Source of the DNA: Phyllobates terribilis
Lineage: Eukaryota
Assembly: GCF_046119375.1 (NCBI RefSeq)
Contig: NW_027362761.1
Span: forward strand, 480,252,001 to 480,316,000
Reading direction: 5' to 3'
Length of the DNA: 64,000 nt
The position numbers and the translations under genes were made by a program. Position 1 is the stretch's first letter; every line of letters starts with the position of its first letter. Under the pieces are notes generated by a model, which saw nothing but the letters and a program-made list of their open reading frames with translations, was not told where the DNA came from and made no database searches. This document shows, one piece after another, positions 1 through 12,699 of this stretch.

Positions 1-159
1 CTTACCAGCCGCCGTCTTTATCTTTTAATCGGCGCCGCTCCAGTCTGTCTCCAGCAGTTTGTGACCTGCCGGATCGCTCCAGCGTTTGCTGGATAAGCCT
101 TAAGTTACAACTCAATGTAAGTCTATGACAGCCATAACGAGGCATATACTGAAAATGCC

Positions 160-602
160 CAAACCCCATTTCAGAATACTAGTAGTATACTAAACAAAAA
201 TGACCTCCAGATTCCCTTTAAATAAAAAAAACAACAAAAAAACTGTACGTACGTTTGGCATCGGTGTACTCGGAATGACCTGGGGAATCATATTGCCAGG
301 TCAGTTTTACCTTATAGTAAACATGTTAGTTATAAAAAAAAAAAAAAACAATTGTGAAATTGCACTTTTGTTTACAATTTCAATGCACTTGGAATCCCCC
401 CCCCCCCCATTTTCGAGTACATTATATGGTAGAATAAATGGTGTCATTCATAAGTACAACCCACAAAAAACAAGCCCTCATATAGGATACTGTTGGAAAT
501 TAAAAAAAATTATGGCTCTTGGACAAAAGGGAGGAAAAAACTAAAAAAAAAAACAAACAAACAAAAAAAAAAACTGAAAATCGCCATATCATGAAAGTGT
601 TA
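160..602. mobile_element. Fragment of a TTAA-target (T2/Kolobok-like) non-autonomous element
   Basis: The 3' part (aaaattatggctcttgg...tcatgaaagtgttaa) resembles the reverse complement of the element starting at TTAACCCCTTC (51614). It ends at a TTAA. Confidence 0.4.
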
Positions 603-840
603 AATCATCAGCATGTCAATTTATGCTTCAGATTAAACCCTCTGTGATATACACATGTGGATTAAGCTGCAAGTTTGTGCCAAGCTTTTGTCTTTCAGTC
701 TTTTGTATTAGATCCATGGCAAAATCTGTAAAGGAAAAATTCTGTCACATTTAAATATAATCTTAGGCAAACTACTTAGAGACACAGACCCCGAATCATC
801 AACACCGGCGATTTATACACCAGTCTTTATAAGGCGATAT

Positions 841-3800
841 GCTGCCCCCGTCCAGTCGCTTCCATTCCACACAGAACAGCGGTGCCCCCCCCGTCCAGTC
901 GCTTCCATTCCACACAGAACAGCGGTGCCCCCCCGTCCAGTCGCTTCCATTCCACACAGAACAGCGGTGCCCCCCCCATCCAGTCGCTTCCATTCCACAC
1001 AGAACAGCGGTGCCCCCCCCATCCAGTCGCTTCCATTCCACACAGAACAGCGGTGCCCCCCCCATCCAGTCGCTTCCATTCCACAGAGAACAGCGGTGCC
1101 CCCCCGTCCAGTCGCTTCCATTCCACACAGAACAGCTGTGCCCCCCCCCGTCCAGTCGCTTCCATTCCACACAGAACAGCGGTGCCCCCCCCGTCCAGTC
1201 GCTTCCATTCCACACAGAACAGCGGTGCCCTCCCCATCCAGTCGCTTCCATTCCACACAGAACAGCTGTGCCCCCCCCCGTCCAGTCGCTTCCATTCCAC
1301 ACAGAACAGCGGTGCCCCCCCCCATCCAGTCGCTTCCATTCCACACAGAACAGCGGTGCCCCCCCCCGTCCAGTCGCTTCCATTCCACACAGAACAGCGG
1401 TGCCCCCCCCCATCCAGTCGCTTCCATTCCACACAGAACAGCGGTGCCCCCCCCATCCAGTCGCTTCCATTCCACACAGAACAGCGGTGCCCCCCCCCGT
1501 CCAGTCGCTTCCATTCCACACAGAACAGCGGTGCCCCCCCCCATCCAGTCGCTTCCATTCCACACAGAACAGCGGTGCCCCCCCCATCCAGTCGCTTCCA
1601 TTCCACACAGAACAGCGGTGCCCCCCCCCGTCCAGTCGCTTCCATTCCACACAGAACAGCGGTGCCCCCCCCCGTCCAGTCGCTTCCATTCCACACAGAA
1701 CAGCGGTGCCCCTCCCCATCCAGTCGCTTCCATTCCACACAGAACAGCGGTGCCCCCCCCATCCAGTCGCTTCCATTCCACAGAGAACAGCGGTGCCCCC
1801 CCCGTCCAGTCGCTTCCATTCCACACAGAACAGCTGTGCCCCCCCCGTCCAGTCGCTTCCATTCCACACAGAACAGCTGTGCCCCCCCGTCCAGTCGCTT
1901 CCATTCCACAAACAGCGGTGCCCCCCCCATCCAGTCGCTTCCATTCCACACAGAACAGCGGTGCCCCCCCCGTCCAGTCGCTTCCATTCCACACAGAACA
2001 GCTGTGCCCCCCCCGTCCAGTCGCTTCCATTCCACAAACAGCGGTGCCCCCCCCCCGTCCAGTCGCTTCCATTCCACAAACAGCGGTGCCCCCCCCCGTC
2101 CAGTCGCTTCCATTCCACACAGAACAGCTGTGCCCCCCCCGTCCAGTCGCTTCCATTCCACAAACAGCGGTGCCCCCCCCATCCAGTCGCTTCCATTCCA
2201 CACAGAACAGCTGTGCCCCCCCCCATCCAGTCGCTTCCATTCCACACAGAACAGCGGTGCCCCCCCCGTCCAGTCGCTTCCATTCCACAAACAGCGGTGC
2301 CCCCCCACATCCAGTCGCTTCCATTCCACACAGAACAGCGGTGCCCCCCCCATCCAGTCGCTTCCATTCCACACAGAACAGCGGTGCCCCCCCCATCCAG
2401 TCGCTTCCATTCCACACAGAACAGCGGTGCCCCCCGTCCACTCGCTTCCATTCCACACAGAACAGCAGTGCCCCCCCCCGTCCAGTCGCTTCCATTCCAC
2501 AAACAGCGGTGCCCCCCCCGTCCAGTCGCTTCCATTCCACACAGAACAGCTGTGCCCCCCCGTCCAGTCGCTTCCATTCCACACAGAACAGCGGTGCCCC
2601 CCCCCCGTCCAGTCGCTTCCATTCCACACAGAACAGCGGTGCCCCCCCAATCCAGTCGCTTCCATTCCACACAGAACAGCGGTGCCCCCCCAATCCAGTC
2701 GCTTCCATTCCACACAGAACAGCAGTGCCCCCCCCCCGTCGCTTCCATTCCACACAGAACAGCAGTGCCCCCCCCCCGTCGCTTCCATTCCACACAGAAC
2801 AGCGGTGCCCCCCCGTCGCTTCCATTCCACACAGAACAGCGGTGCCCCCCCGTCGCTTCCATTCCACACAGAACAGCGGTGCCCCCCCCGTCCAGTCGCT
2901 TCCATTTCACACAGAACAGCGGTGCCCCCCCCCGTCCAGTCGCTTCCATTCCACATAGAACAGCGGTGCCCCCCCCGTCCAGTCGCTTCCATTCCACATA
3001 GAACAGCGGTGCCCCCCCCATCCAGTCGCTTCCATTCCACACAGAACAGCGGTGCCCCCCCCATCCAGTCGCTTCCATTCCACACAGAACAGCGGTGCCC
3101 CCCCCCATCCAGTCGCTTCCATTCCACACAGAACAGCGGTGCCCCCCCCATCCAGTCGCTTCCATTCCACACAGAACAGCGGTGCCCCCCCCATCCAGTC
3201 GCTTCCATTCCACACAGAACAGCGGTGCCCCCCCCATCCAGTCGCTTCCATTCCACACAGAACAGCGGTGCCCCCCCCATCCAGTCGCTTCCATTCCACA
3301 CAGAACAGCGGTGCCCCCCCCATCCAGTCGCTTCCATTCCACACAGAACAGTGGTGCCCCCCCCATCCAGTCGCTTCCATTCCACACAGAACAGCTGTGC
3401 CCCCCCCGTCCAGTCGCTTCCATTCCACAAACAGCGGTGCCCCCCCCATCCAGTCGCTTCCATTCCACACAGAACAGCGGTGCCCCCCCATCCAGTCGCT
3501 TCCATTCCACACAGAACAGCGGTGCCCCCCCCATCCAGTCGCTTCCATTCCACACAGAACAGCCGTGCCCCCCCCATCCAGTCGCTTCCATTCCACACAG
3601 AACAGCCGTGCCCCCCCCATCCAGTCGCTTCCATTCCACACAGAACAGCGGTGCCCCCCCCATCCAGTCGCTTCCATTCCACACAGAACAGCGGTGCCCC
3701 CCCATCCAGTCGCTTCCATTCCACACAGAACAGCGGTGCCCCCCCCCATCCAGTCGCTTCCATTCCACACAGAACAGCGGTGCCCCCCCCCCATCCAGTC

Positions 3801-4305
3801 GCTTCCATTCCACAGAGAACAGCAGTGCCCCCCCCCGTCCAGTCGCTTCCATTCCACAGAGAACAGCAGTGCCCCCCCCGTCCAGTCGCTTCCATTCCAC
3901 ACAGAACAGCGGTGCCCCCCCATCCAGTCGCTTCCATTCCACACAGAACAGCGGTGCCCCCCCCCCATCCAGTCGCTTCCATTCCACACAGAACAGCGGT
4001 GCCCCCCCCATCCAGTCGCTTCCACTCCACAGAGAACAGCAGTGCCCCCCCCGTCCAGTCGCTTCCATTCCACACAGAACAGCGGTGCCCCCCCCATCCA
4101 GTCGCTTCCATTCCACAGAGAACAGCGGTGCCCCCCCCATCCAGTCGCTTCCATTCCACAGAGAACAGCGGTGCCCCCCCCGTCCAGTCGCTTCCATTCC
4201 ACAGAGAACAGCGGTGCCCCCCTGTCCAGTCGCTTCCATTCCACACAGAACAGCGGTGCCCCCCCCATCCGGTCGCTTCCATTCCACACAGAACAGCGGT
4301 GCCCC
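841..4305. repeat. Minisatellite, ~43-bp unit (cggtg-C6..10-[g/a]tccagtcgcttccattccacacagaacag), about 80 copies
   Basis: Tandem array seen directly. The unit has no stop codon on either strand, which explains the 400-1175 aa ORFs in all six frames. Confidence 0.99.
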
Positions 4306-4616
4306 TCTCACAAGCTCCTGCTCATTGTGTACTCAGGAAACGACACTACCACTCCCTGATACAGAGCAGATACAGCCTGGCAGTCCAGTATCTGCACACA
4401 CTGGGCTAGAAATAAAAGGGAGCACACAAATCTGATCCCCCCCCCCGAGTATCCTGACCTCAGAGCGCCGCACTCCCCGACTATCCTCTAGTGACCAGTG
4501 CCGTGGTGCACATAGAGCTTCCCACTCTATGAACACCCGGATGACAGAGCAGCCAGGTAAATAAGGTCATCAGCTGAGTGTCCAGTTATAGCCTTGGTAT
4601 ATATAGAGGGTCTCAC

Positions 4617-4790
4617 CCACCGTGCAGCAGGGGCTCCCGCCTGTCAGTCACTTCCTCCCCACAGATGTTACACTACACTCAACTCTGTGATTTCCTCCTC
4701 TACAGACGTGGCCGCCCCTCCTTCTACCGGTCACATGACCTGAAGGCTGGGCCCTGCCTATCTCACCTGAGTGCACCTGTCCTCAGCACA
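4617..4790 (-). promoter_or_regulatory. Candidate promoter/non-coding first exon of the next minus-strand gene (MARVELD2 expected by synteny)
   Basis: Minus-strand donor (GG|GTGAGA, GT at 4615-4616), GC box near 4710-4721, GGTCACATGACC at 4729-4740 and two CACCTG E-boxes (4764, 4774). The gene identity is only a synteny inference; no coding sequence is in the window. Confidence 0.25.
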
Positions 4791-4818
4791 CACACAAATG
4801 TATATATGCCGCAGTGTT

Positions 4819-4834
4819 ATAATAATAAATAGCC

Positions 4835-4876
<42 letters not shown>

Positions 4877-4893
4877 GCCTAATAATAATAATA
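4819..4893. repeat. (AAT)n microsatellite, interrupted
   Basis: Seen directly. Confidence 0.95.
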
Positions 4894-5154
4894 AATAGCT
4901 TAAATAGGTTCTATGAGTTTATGAGATTATATAATCAAATCTGCCAAAAGAGAAACTCCCATATAACAAAGAGTAAGAAAATAGAACAAATTAATAAAAT
5001 ATAAATTTTATTGAACACATATTAAGATAACATACATTAAAACAAAAGTAAAATACAAAAAGGAGAACACACTGCCAATGAACAAGTATTAATTTGTTCT
5101 ATTTTCTTACTCTTGTTTATATGGGAGTTTCTCTTTTGGCTGAAGTGTTACATA

Positions 5155-6731
5155 CACTGCTCAAAAAAATAAAGGGAACACTCAAATAACACATCCTAGA
5201 TCTGAATGAATGAAATATTCTCATTGAATACTTTGTTCTGTACAAAGCTGAATGTGGTGACAACAAAATCACACAAAAATCACCAATGGAAATCAAAATT
5301 ATTAACCAATGGAGGCCTGGATATGGAGTCACCCCCAAAATTAAAGTGGAAAAACACACTACAGGCTGATCCAACTTTGATGTAATGTCCTTAAAACAAG
5401 TCAAAATGAGGCTCAGTATTGTGTGTGGCCTCCACGTGCCTGTATGACCTCCCTACAACGCCTGGGCATGCTCCTGATGAGGTTGCGTATGGTCTCCTGT
5501 GGGATCTCCTCCAAGACCGAGACTAAAGCATCTGCCAACTCCTGGACAGTCTGTGGTGCAACGTGACGTTGGTGGATGGAGCGAGACATGATGTCCCAGA
5601 TGTGCTCAATCAGATTCAGGTCTGGCGAACGGACGGACCAGTCCAAAGCTTCAATGCCATCATCTTGCAGGAACTGCTGACACACTCCAGCCACATGAGG
5701 TCTGGCATTGTCCTGCATTAGGAGGAACCCAGGGCCAACCACACCATCAAAGGGTCTCACAAGGGGTCTGAGGATCTCATCTCGGTACTTAATGGCAGTC
5801 AGGCTACCTCTGGCAAGCACATGGAGGGCTGTGCGGCCCTCCAAAAGAAATGCCACCCCACACCATTACTGACGCACTGCCAAACCGGTCATGCTAAAGG
5901 ATGTTGCAGGTAGCAGATCGCTGTCCACTGCATCTCCAGACTCTGCCACGTCTGTCACATGTGCTCAGTGTGAACCTGCTTTCATCTGTTAAGAGCACAG
6001 GGCGCCAGTGGTGACTTTGCCAATCCTGGTGTTCTGTGGCAAATGCCAAGCATCCTGCACGGTGTTGGGCTGTGAGCACAACCCCCATCTGTGGACGTAG
6101 GGCCCTCATACCACCCTCATGGAGTCGTTTTCTAACCGTTTGTGCAGACACATGCACATTTGTGGCCTGCTGGAGGTCATTTTGCAGGGCTCTGGCCGTG
6201 CTCTTCCTGTTCCTCCTTGCACAAAGGCGGAGTAGCGGTCCTGCTGCTGGGTTGTTGCCCTCCTACGGCCCCCTCCACGTCTCCTGGTGTACTGGCCTGT
6301 CTCCTGGTAGCGCATCCAGCCTCTGGACACTACGCTGACAGACACAGCAAACCTTCTTACCACAGCTCGCATTGATGTGCCATCCTGGATGAGCTGCACT
6401 ACCTGAGCAACTTCTGTGTGTTGTAGAGTCCGTCTCATGCTACCACGAGTGTGAAAGCACAAGCAACATTCAAAAGTGACCAAAACATCAGCCAGAAAGC
6501 ATTGGTACTGAGATGTGGTCTGTGGTCCCCACCTGCAGAACCATTCCTTTGAGTGTGTCTTGATAGTTGCCAATAATTTCCATCTATTGTCTATTCCATT
6601 TGCACAACAGCATGTGAAATTGATTGTCAATCAGTGTTGCTTCCTAAGTAGACAGTTTGATTTCACAGAAGTTTGATTTATTTGGAGTTATATTCTGTTG
6701 TTTAAGTGTTCCCTTTATTTTTTGAGCAGTG
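5155..6731 (-). mobile_element. Full-length Tc1/mariner DNA transposon (DD34E), degenerate transposase
   Basis: TIR CACTGCTCAAAAAAATAAAGGGAACACT at both ends and TA duplications at 5153-54 and 6732-33. Frameshifted transposase pieces include TDESRF and QDNARPH-(34 aa)-E. Confidence 0.95.
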
Positions 6732-6969
6732 TATAACTAGTGTATACATCGTATATACCACAGTGTTATATATAGCTATTGTATATGCCGTATATACCGC
6801 AGTGTTATATATAACTAGTGTATACATCACATATACCGCAATGCTATATATAATTAGTGAATACATCATATATACAGCAGTGTTATACATAACTAGTATA
6901 TACGTTGTATGTACTGAAGCGTTATATATAACTAGTGTATATGCCGTATATACCACAGTGTTATATATA
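6732..6969. repeat. AT-rich 39-bp tandem repeat, about 6 copies
   Basis: Units start at about 6740, 6779, 6818, 6857, 6896 and 6935, giving a 13-aa periodicity in the spurious ORFs. Confidence 0.85.
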
Positions 6970-7204
6970 CAGTGGGTACGGAAAGTACTCAGACTCCTTT
7001 AAATTGTTCACTCTTTGTTTCATTGCAGCCATTTGGTAAATTCTAAAAAGTTTTTTTTTTCTCATTAAAGTACACTCTACACCCCATCTTGACTGAAAAA
7101 AACAGAAATGTAGAAATTTTTGCAAATTTATTAAAAAAGAAAAACTAAAATATCACATGGTCATAAATATTCAGACCCTTTGCTCAGACACACATATTTA
7201 AGTC
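6970..7204 (+). mobile_element. Isolated left IR/DR end of a Tc1 element (same family as 39633-41288)
   Basis: TA|CAGTGGGTACGGAAAGTA... closely matches 39633-39870, then is truncated. Confidence 0.85.
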
Positions 7205-8056
7205 CCTTAGTCTAGTCTAGTTTGCCTGTGTTCCTGTGACCGCTTCGGCGGTGTCTGTATCCTGAAACTGCATCGACTGTGCCTGCCACCCTGGGGACTG
7301 AATACCCATGCCAGAGCCCTGAACCTGAAACTGCGTAGGCGGTATCTGTACCCCATGGTCGCATTGGCGGTACCTGCTTTCTATCCTGCAACCAGTGTGT
7401 CAGAACCTATCTCAAGTGGCCGTCCTGTTGGCACAGTGTGAACCTGTCCCGGTGTCCGTCCTGTCTGCACAGTGTGAATCTTTCCCAGTGGTCGCCCCGT
7501 CTGAACCTGTCCCAGTGGCCGTCTTGTCTGCACAGTGTGAACCTGTCCTGGTGGCCGTCCTGTCTACACAGTGTGAACCTGTCCCAGTGGTCGTCCCGTC
7601 TGAACCTGTCTCAGTGGCCGTCCTGTCTGCACAGTGTGAACCTGTCCTGGTGGCTGTAATGTCTACACAGTGTGAATCTTTCCCAGTGGTCGTCCAGTCT
7701 GAACCTGTCCCAGTGGCCGTCCTGTCTGCACAGTGTGAACCTGTCCCGGTGGCCGTCCTGTCTACACAGTGTGAATCTTTCCCAGTGGTCATCCCGTCTG
7801 AACAGTGTGAACCTGCCCCAGTGGCCGTCCTGTCCTATTGAGAATCTGAAGTAACGTCTCTGCCCTTTGGGGTCAGTTGCTACTGCTGGACGTGGCCTGG
7901 AGTGGTACCTAGCAGCTACCTGCCGCAGAAGTCTGACCTCGCCACTAGAGGCTTCAGCGAACACCAAGGTAGCTGCATAGTTATGCCCCTCCAGGGTAAG
8001 TCCGGTCTGTGGTACAGTGGGTCCACGAACCACATACGCCACTTAGGAGCGTAACA
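7205..8056 (+). mobile_element. Probable 5'-truncated LTR remnant containing 36/27-bp tandem repeats (7395-7845)
   Basis: The internal tandem array (tctgcacagtgtgaacctgtcccagtggccgtcctg) is certain. The LTR call rests only on the ...cgtaaCA end and LTR-like composition. Confidence 0.4.
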
Positions 8057-11000
8057 CAAGATACTAAATACAAGGTGCAACAATAAATAGGATTACAACC
8101 AATCAAGTATGAAGGATAATGCACAAAAAAAATGGCCAATAATGACAAATATCAACATATAAGTATTAGTTTAAAGTGTCAGATAACATATAAAATATAT
8201 CAAAAATACTCAATTGATGTTATAAATAGCTGCATAAATAAAATGCCACTAATCCTGGTGAAATATAACCATATAAATGTAACTAAGATGGATACCAGAA
8301 GGACAATGTATATTTAGTATAAAACCCTGATAAGGAATACGAGTCATCTTAGAGAGACATCATCCTAATAGGTAATGATGAAAAAAAACAAGGAGACATG
8401 CATACAAATAATGGTATACCCTATTAGGATGGTTTCACTATAAAGAAACTTTTAGGATATCCCACTCTAAATCCAGATTTTAAAAGGGGCTACTGGACAG
8501 CCCCTTGTTAATTGCTCTTGTATTCTGCACAACAAAAAAATAAATACATTTATGTTTACTTTCCGGACTGGTGCCACTCCTTCACCCTCCCAGAAGTCAC
8601 GTTACATAAGCAGTGCCATGTGATCTTGGGGAGACACCGCGGGGAGTAATGTGAATTTTTGGCCAGTTGGTAACCCAGATGGATATATATTATTTTTTAA
8701 CATCATATGAAGGTTACAGCTAATATAATACATTCATGCAGCCTTGCTCTCCTTACTGTATCATTGTGCGTAAAAGTGAAAATGAAAGAAGTAGTTGGCA
8801 TACATTATGGGTATACATTGGCTCTTCCGGACATATTCATTGTCATGTCCTTCGGGCTGTACGGAGTTAGACATACACTGGCATACATTTGAGGAATCCC
8901 TGGTTTCCGTTGTTCACATGTAGATCTCAAAATGATATTTGAACAGTATTTTACCATTTATAGCTAGCTGTACTGACGCAGTTCCGCACATGCACAGGTG
9001 CCATGATGTCACTGAGGGTCATCCGCTTTCTCACAGTAGGTATGTACCAGTTCTCTGCTGGAACTGCATGTGGATGATGCCGTAAGACTTATCCATGTCA
9101 ATCGATGACTAGCAAGGACTCAGCAGGGCACTATGATGGTCTTGATATGCCCAACAGACACTTTGAGTCCTCAATAGAATACCACACACAATTAGGCAAA
9201 TTAACTTTTAATATAGAACAAACCAATTTCATAAAAACAAGGCTCAAAGAAAGCCTAAGGCATCATTCAGACGACTAGTTTTCATGGATAGAACACGCAC
9301 CTATTATATTCGGTGGGCCTGTTTACATGATTAAGATTATGTTTCTGAGGGCCATAAAAGCTGCATCGCGTGTTAGCTGAAGAAATGGTGTGGATTAGAA
9401 ATCTGCTGCAGATTTTCCTTGAAGATTATAGAAAAAGGTTGTGCAGAGAAATCAAAGCAAAAAGAAAAGGATTTTTATTTAATGTAAAATATACTTTTAT
9501 TGAAGAATATATAAAACATATTTAAAAATATCAACCAGCCAACAGGCGGCACCATATAACAGCATTGGGGAAACAAGATTGCTAGTAATCCTAACTAAAA
9601 TGAGCACTTATAGTATTCCATATGACAGCATCATATATAAAATAGAGATTTTACAAGGATGACCAAAGTAAAAAAAATCTGAGAATAGTGAATTAACCCT
9701 GCTGGAATGTGGTGCCTGATTGCCGACACACACACAACACATGTTTTTGCTAACTATTGCTATTAAAAAAAAATTCTAGTTCTAGTAGCTAACAGATATT
9801 TCAGGTTTGTATTTCCTTTCCTTACACATTTTTTTTAAAGATACTTTCAATCTAGCGGTTCAGAGCCAGCAAAGAGCAGGTGAGTGCACTTTAGACTATG
9901 TTCACACTTCCAACAAAGCCTCTAAACATAGGCTCAAGAGCAAGTTCCCTTATTTTCACTGGAAGAAAAAATTAGCAGGATTCACTATTTTTTTTCAGTT
10001 AGAATAAGACATTCTAATGGAAACCCAACAGCCCTAATTCTAGTCAATGGGGCCCATCTGGTGCCATTGGTGTTCATTATGGCATGGATCTGTTTCTTTT
10101 ATCAGATGGTACTCCAAATGCTTGTGTGAACCCAGCTTTGCATTTTTATTTTATATTTTAATACCGCACTTAATGTCTAAAAGGGGGTTTAACTCTTCAC
10201 GCTCAACTTTTGTACAATATGAAAGTTTTGCCAGTCCTTTAATATTGATGACCCATCCTAAAGACACCCGGCACCCCCACCAATTAGATGTTAGCACCTC
10301 TGGCGGCTCCATAAACTGTTTAGTGGCTGTTTCGGTTCCTACAAATTAGCTCATAGTGAAAATAATTTTATTTCTGGAAATCACATCATTCTGGTTTGAT
10401 ATTATAGCTTATCCCCATGTAAGTGACTGAGACTAGGATGCAGCACCAAGCATAGATAACTCAAGGATTGGTTGGGGGTCAGACAATCCTGCAGCCAGGG
10501 CATTTGCCCCTTAAGAACAGAGCGGTGGCTGTGCATTTTCTATGGCGCTACCAGAAAAAGCTTTGTATTTGGCTATTTTCAACAGTCGTACAGGGAATGG
10601 AGTGGCAGAGCGGTTATACAACTATCAGTTGAGCTAGACATTTCACAGTCCCTTGGGATTAGGGGATTACCTTCAAGGTAATTGTACACAACGCCTTTTA
10701 GATGTGGTTGAACACGCGAGATTTTGAATAGTAAGAACATTAATGACACTTTTTTATCCTGTAGCGTCATTTTTCGTAGTTTTTTTGGTCGTATCAAGAG
10801 CACTTGCTTTGTTGTCACTGACAGCTGGCGGGTTTTTTTTAGCAATTTTTTTTCAATAAGTCTTCTTTTTTACTGGTGTTTTCCAATCTTTCTCTAAAGT
10901 CAACAATGAAGTAAACACTCATGATTTCTGAAGCAAAAATGATGGCAGAACGATCAAAAAGACACCCAGGGGTCTTTTCAGACTTCCATTGACTTCTATA

Positions 11001-11462
11001 ATAACATATAGGGCGTCTTCAGACAGGAAAATGCCTGAAGAGAGGTGAGGTCACTTCTTTTAGCCACTCGGCATCTTTTGAAACCTAAAGCAGTTATAAA
11101 AAAGAAAAAAAATCCTGAACATGTGAACAGCAAGTAGTTTTTACACATTCTTTTGAATGTTTTCTGAGCGCTTTCAGGTGGGTTTCAGAGAGGGCTCGGG
11201 TAAAACATGTAATTACTTACCGGTAATGTGTTTTTTCGGAGTCCATGACAGCACCCAACGAGAGAGGGATCCGCCATCCAAGGACAGGGAACCAATAGGC
11301 TTAAAAGGGGTGGTTCCTCTCCCCACGTCAGATGGTTACAGAGTCTGAAAATCTGGATCTCCGGATATCGTTAGATCACCACAACCCAGAGCACCCCGTG
11401 TAAAACACCGACAGGAGAAGCAGAAAAAAGTGACAAACCCTCAACAATGGGAGGGAATAGGA

Positions 11463-11547
11463 GGGTGCCGTCATGGACTCCGAAAAAACACATTACCGGT
11501 AAGTAATTACATGTTTATCGGTCGTCCATGACAGCACCCAAAGAGAG
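11463..11547 (-). repeat. DIRS internal complementary region (ICR)
   Basis: 11463-11516 is the reverse complement of the right terminus 11203-11256. 11514-11547 matches the reverse complement of the left terminus 16490-16523 (4 mismatches in 34). The two halves overlap on TTT. Confidence 0.9.
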
Positions 11548-11559
11548 AATTACAGAGAA

Positions 11560-12400
11560 GCGTAGAATTAGGGAGGGACCACAGCCTGCAGAACTCTACT
11601 CCCAAAGGTGATATCAGCACCAGAAAGATCCAATCTATAGTGCTTATAAAAAGTAGTAGGCGAAGACCACGTTGCCGCTCTACAAATTTGGTCGATAGAC
11701 ACACTTGACCTTTATGCCCAGGTAGTAGCAACGGCCTTCGTGGAATGAGCTCTGAGATTCTTCTCCACCTCTCTGTCGCTTGCGGAATAGGCCATACTAA
11801 TAGCCTCGCTGACCCACCGGGCTAGCGTGGTTTAGAGGCCTTATATCTCATCATCTGTCCCTGAAAGCAGACAAAAAGGGATCTATCCTTCCTCCAGGAA
11901 CTAGTGGATCCTAGGTACCTCTCTAAACAGCGTTTAACATCTAAGGAATGTAATTTTTGCTCTTTATCGTTAGTGGGGCTACTATAAAAAGTGGGTAGGA
12001 CAATTTCTTGTGATCGGTGAAACATACAGACTACTTTCGGGAGGTATGCCGGGTCAGGTTTTAAGATTATCCTATCATCCTGAAACAGTGTAAAAGGAGG
12101 GTCTGCTGAGAGGGCCTGAATGTCTCCTATTCGCCGAGCGGAGGTCAAGGCTACCAAGAGAACCGTTTTAAGGGAAAGGACTTTAATAGGAACCTCCTGC
12201 AAGGGTTCAAAGGGAGGGGCTGTTAAGGCCGAGAGTACTAGATTAAGATCCCAAGGGGCTGAGCTAATGGACCAAACAGGTTTGGATCTGGCGTATGCCT
12301 TTATGAACTGCAAAACCCAAACGTCCCTTGCTAGGTTAAAGTTATAGAGAGCTCCAAGGGCCGATATCTGGACTTTGAGGGTACTAGCAGAGTCCCATCT
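11560..12400 (-). pseudogene. DIRS tyrosine recombinase (YR) remnant
   Basis: ORF 11822-12313 (KTVLLVALTSARRIGDIQALS) plus downstream AHSTKAVATTWA* and TFIKHYRLD. The HxxR arginine is replaced by K and there is a premature stop. Boundaries are approximate. Confidence 0.85.
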
Positions 12401-12699
12401 CCACCCCCTTCTGTAGAAACTCCAAAACTAAATTAATCGGGACTTCCTCCTTCGGATCTGCCCCGGATACTGACAGGAATTTTTTCCAAGTCCTATGATA
12501 AATCCGGGAAGTTACAGGCTTTCTGGATTTAAGGAGAGTAGAAGATACCTCAGCCGAGAACCCTCTACTCCTCAGCATCTCCTTTTCAAATTCCAGGCAG
12601 TCAGATGCAATCTGCGGGTGATGGACTGGTACCTGGGAGAGGAGGTCTGGAAGATCCGGTAGAACCCGGAGACGGACATCTGCTGGAGCCAAAAAAACC

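Noticed and set aside
841-4305. CRISPR-like regular array
   Set aside because: The units are head-to-tail with no unique spacers, there are no cas genes, and the DNA is eukaryotic.
799-4435. Nine ORFs of 435-1175 aa in all frames
   Set aside because: They are translations of a stop-free 43-bp minisatellite. C-run length changes shuffle the same three peptides, so there is no evidence of coding.
6702-7002. Hydrophobic Tyr/Val/Ile-rich ORFs on both strands
   Set aside because: Translation of the 39-bp AT-rich tandem repeat.
7395-7854. 148-aa repetitive ORF (AVLSAQCEPVPV)n
   Set aside because: Translation of 36/27-bp tandem repeats in a probable LTR remnant.
8100-9500. Possible Penelope-like or other TE remnants
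   Set aside because: No RT or GIY-YIG motif could be read confidently, so the region was left unannotated.
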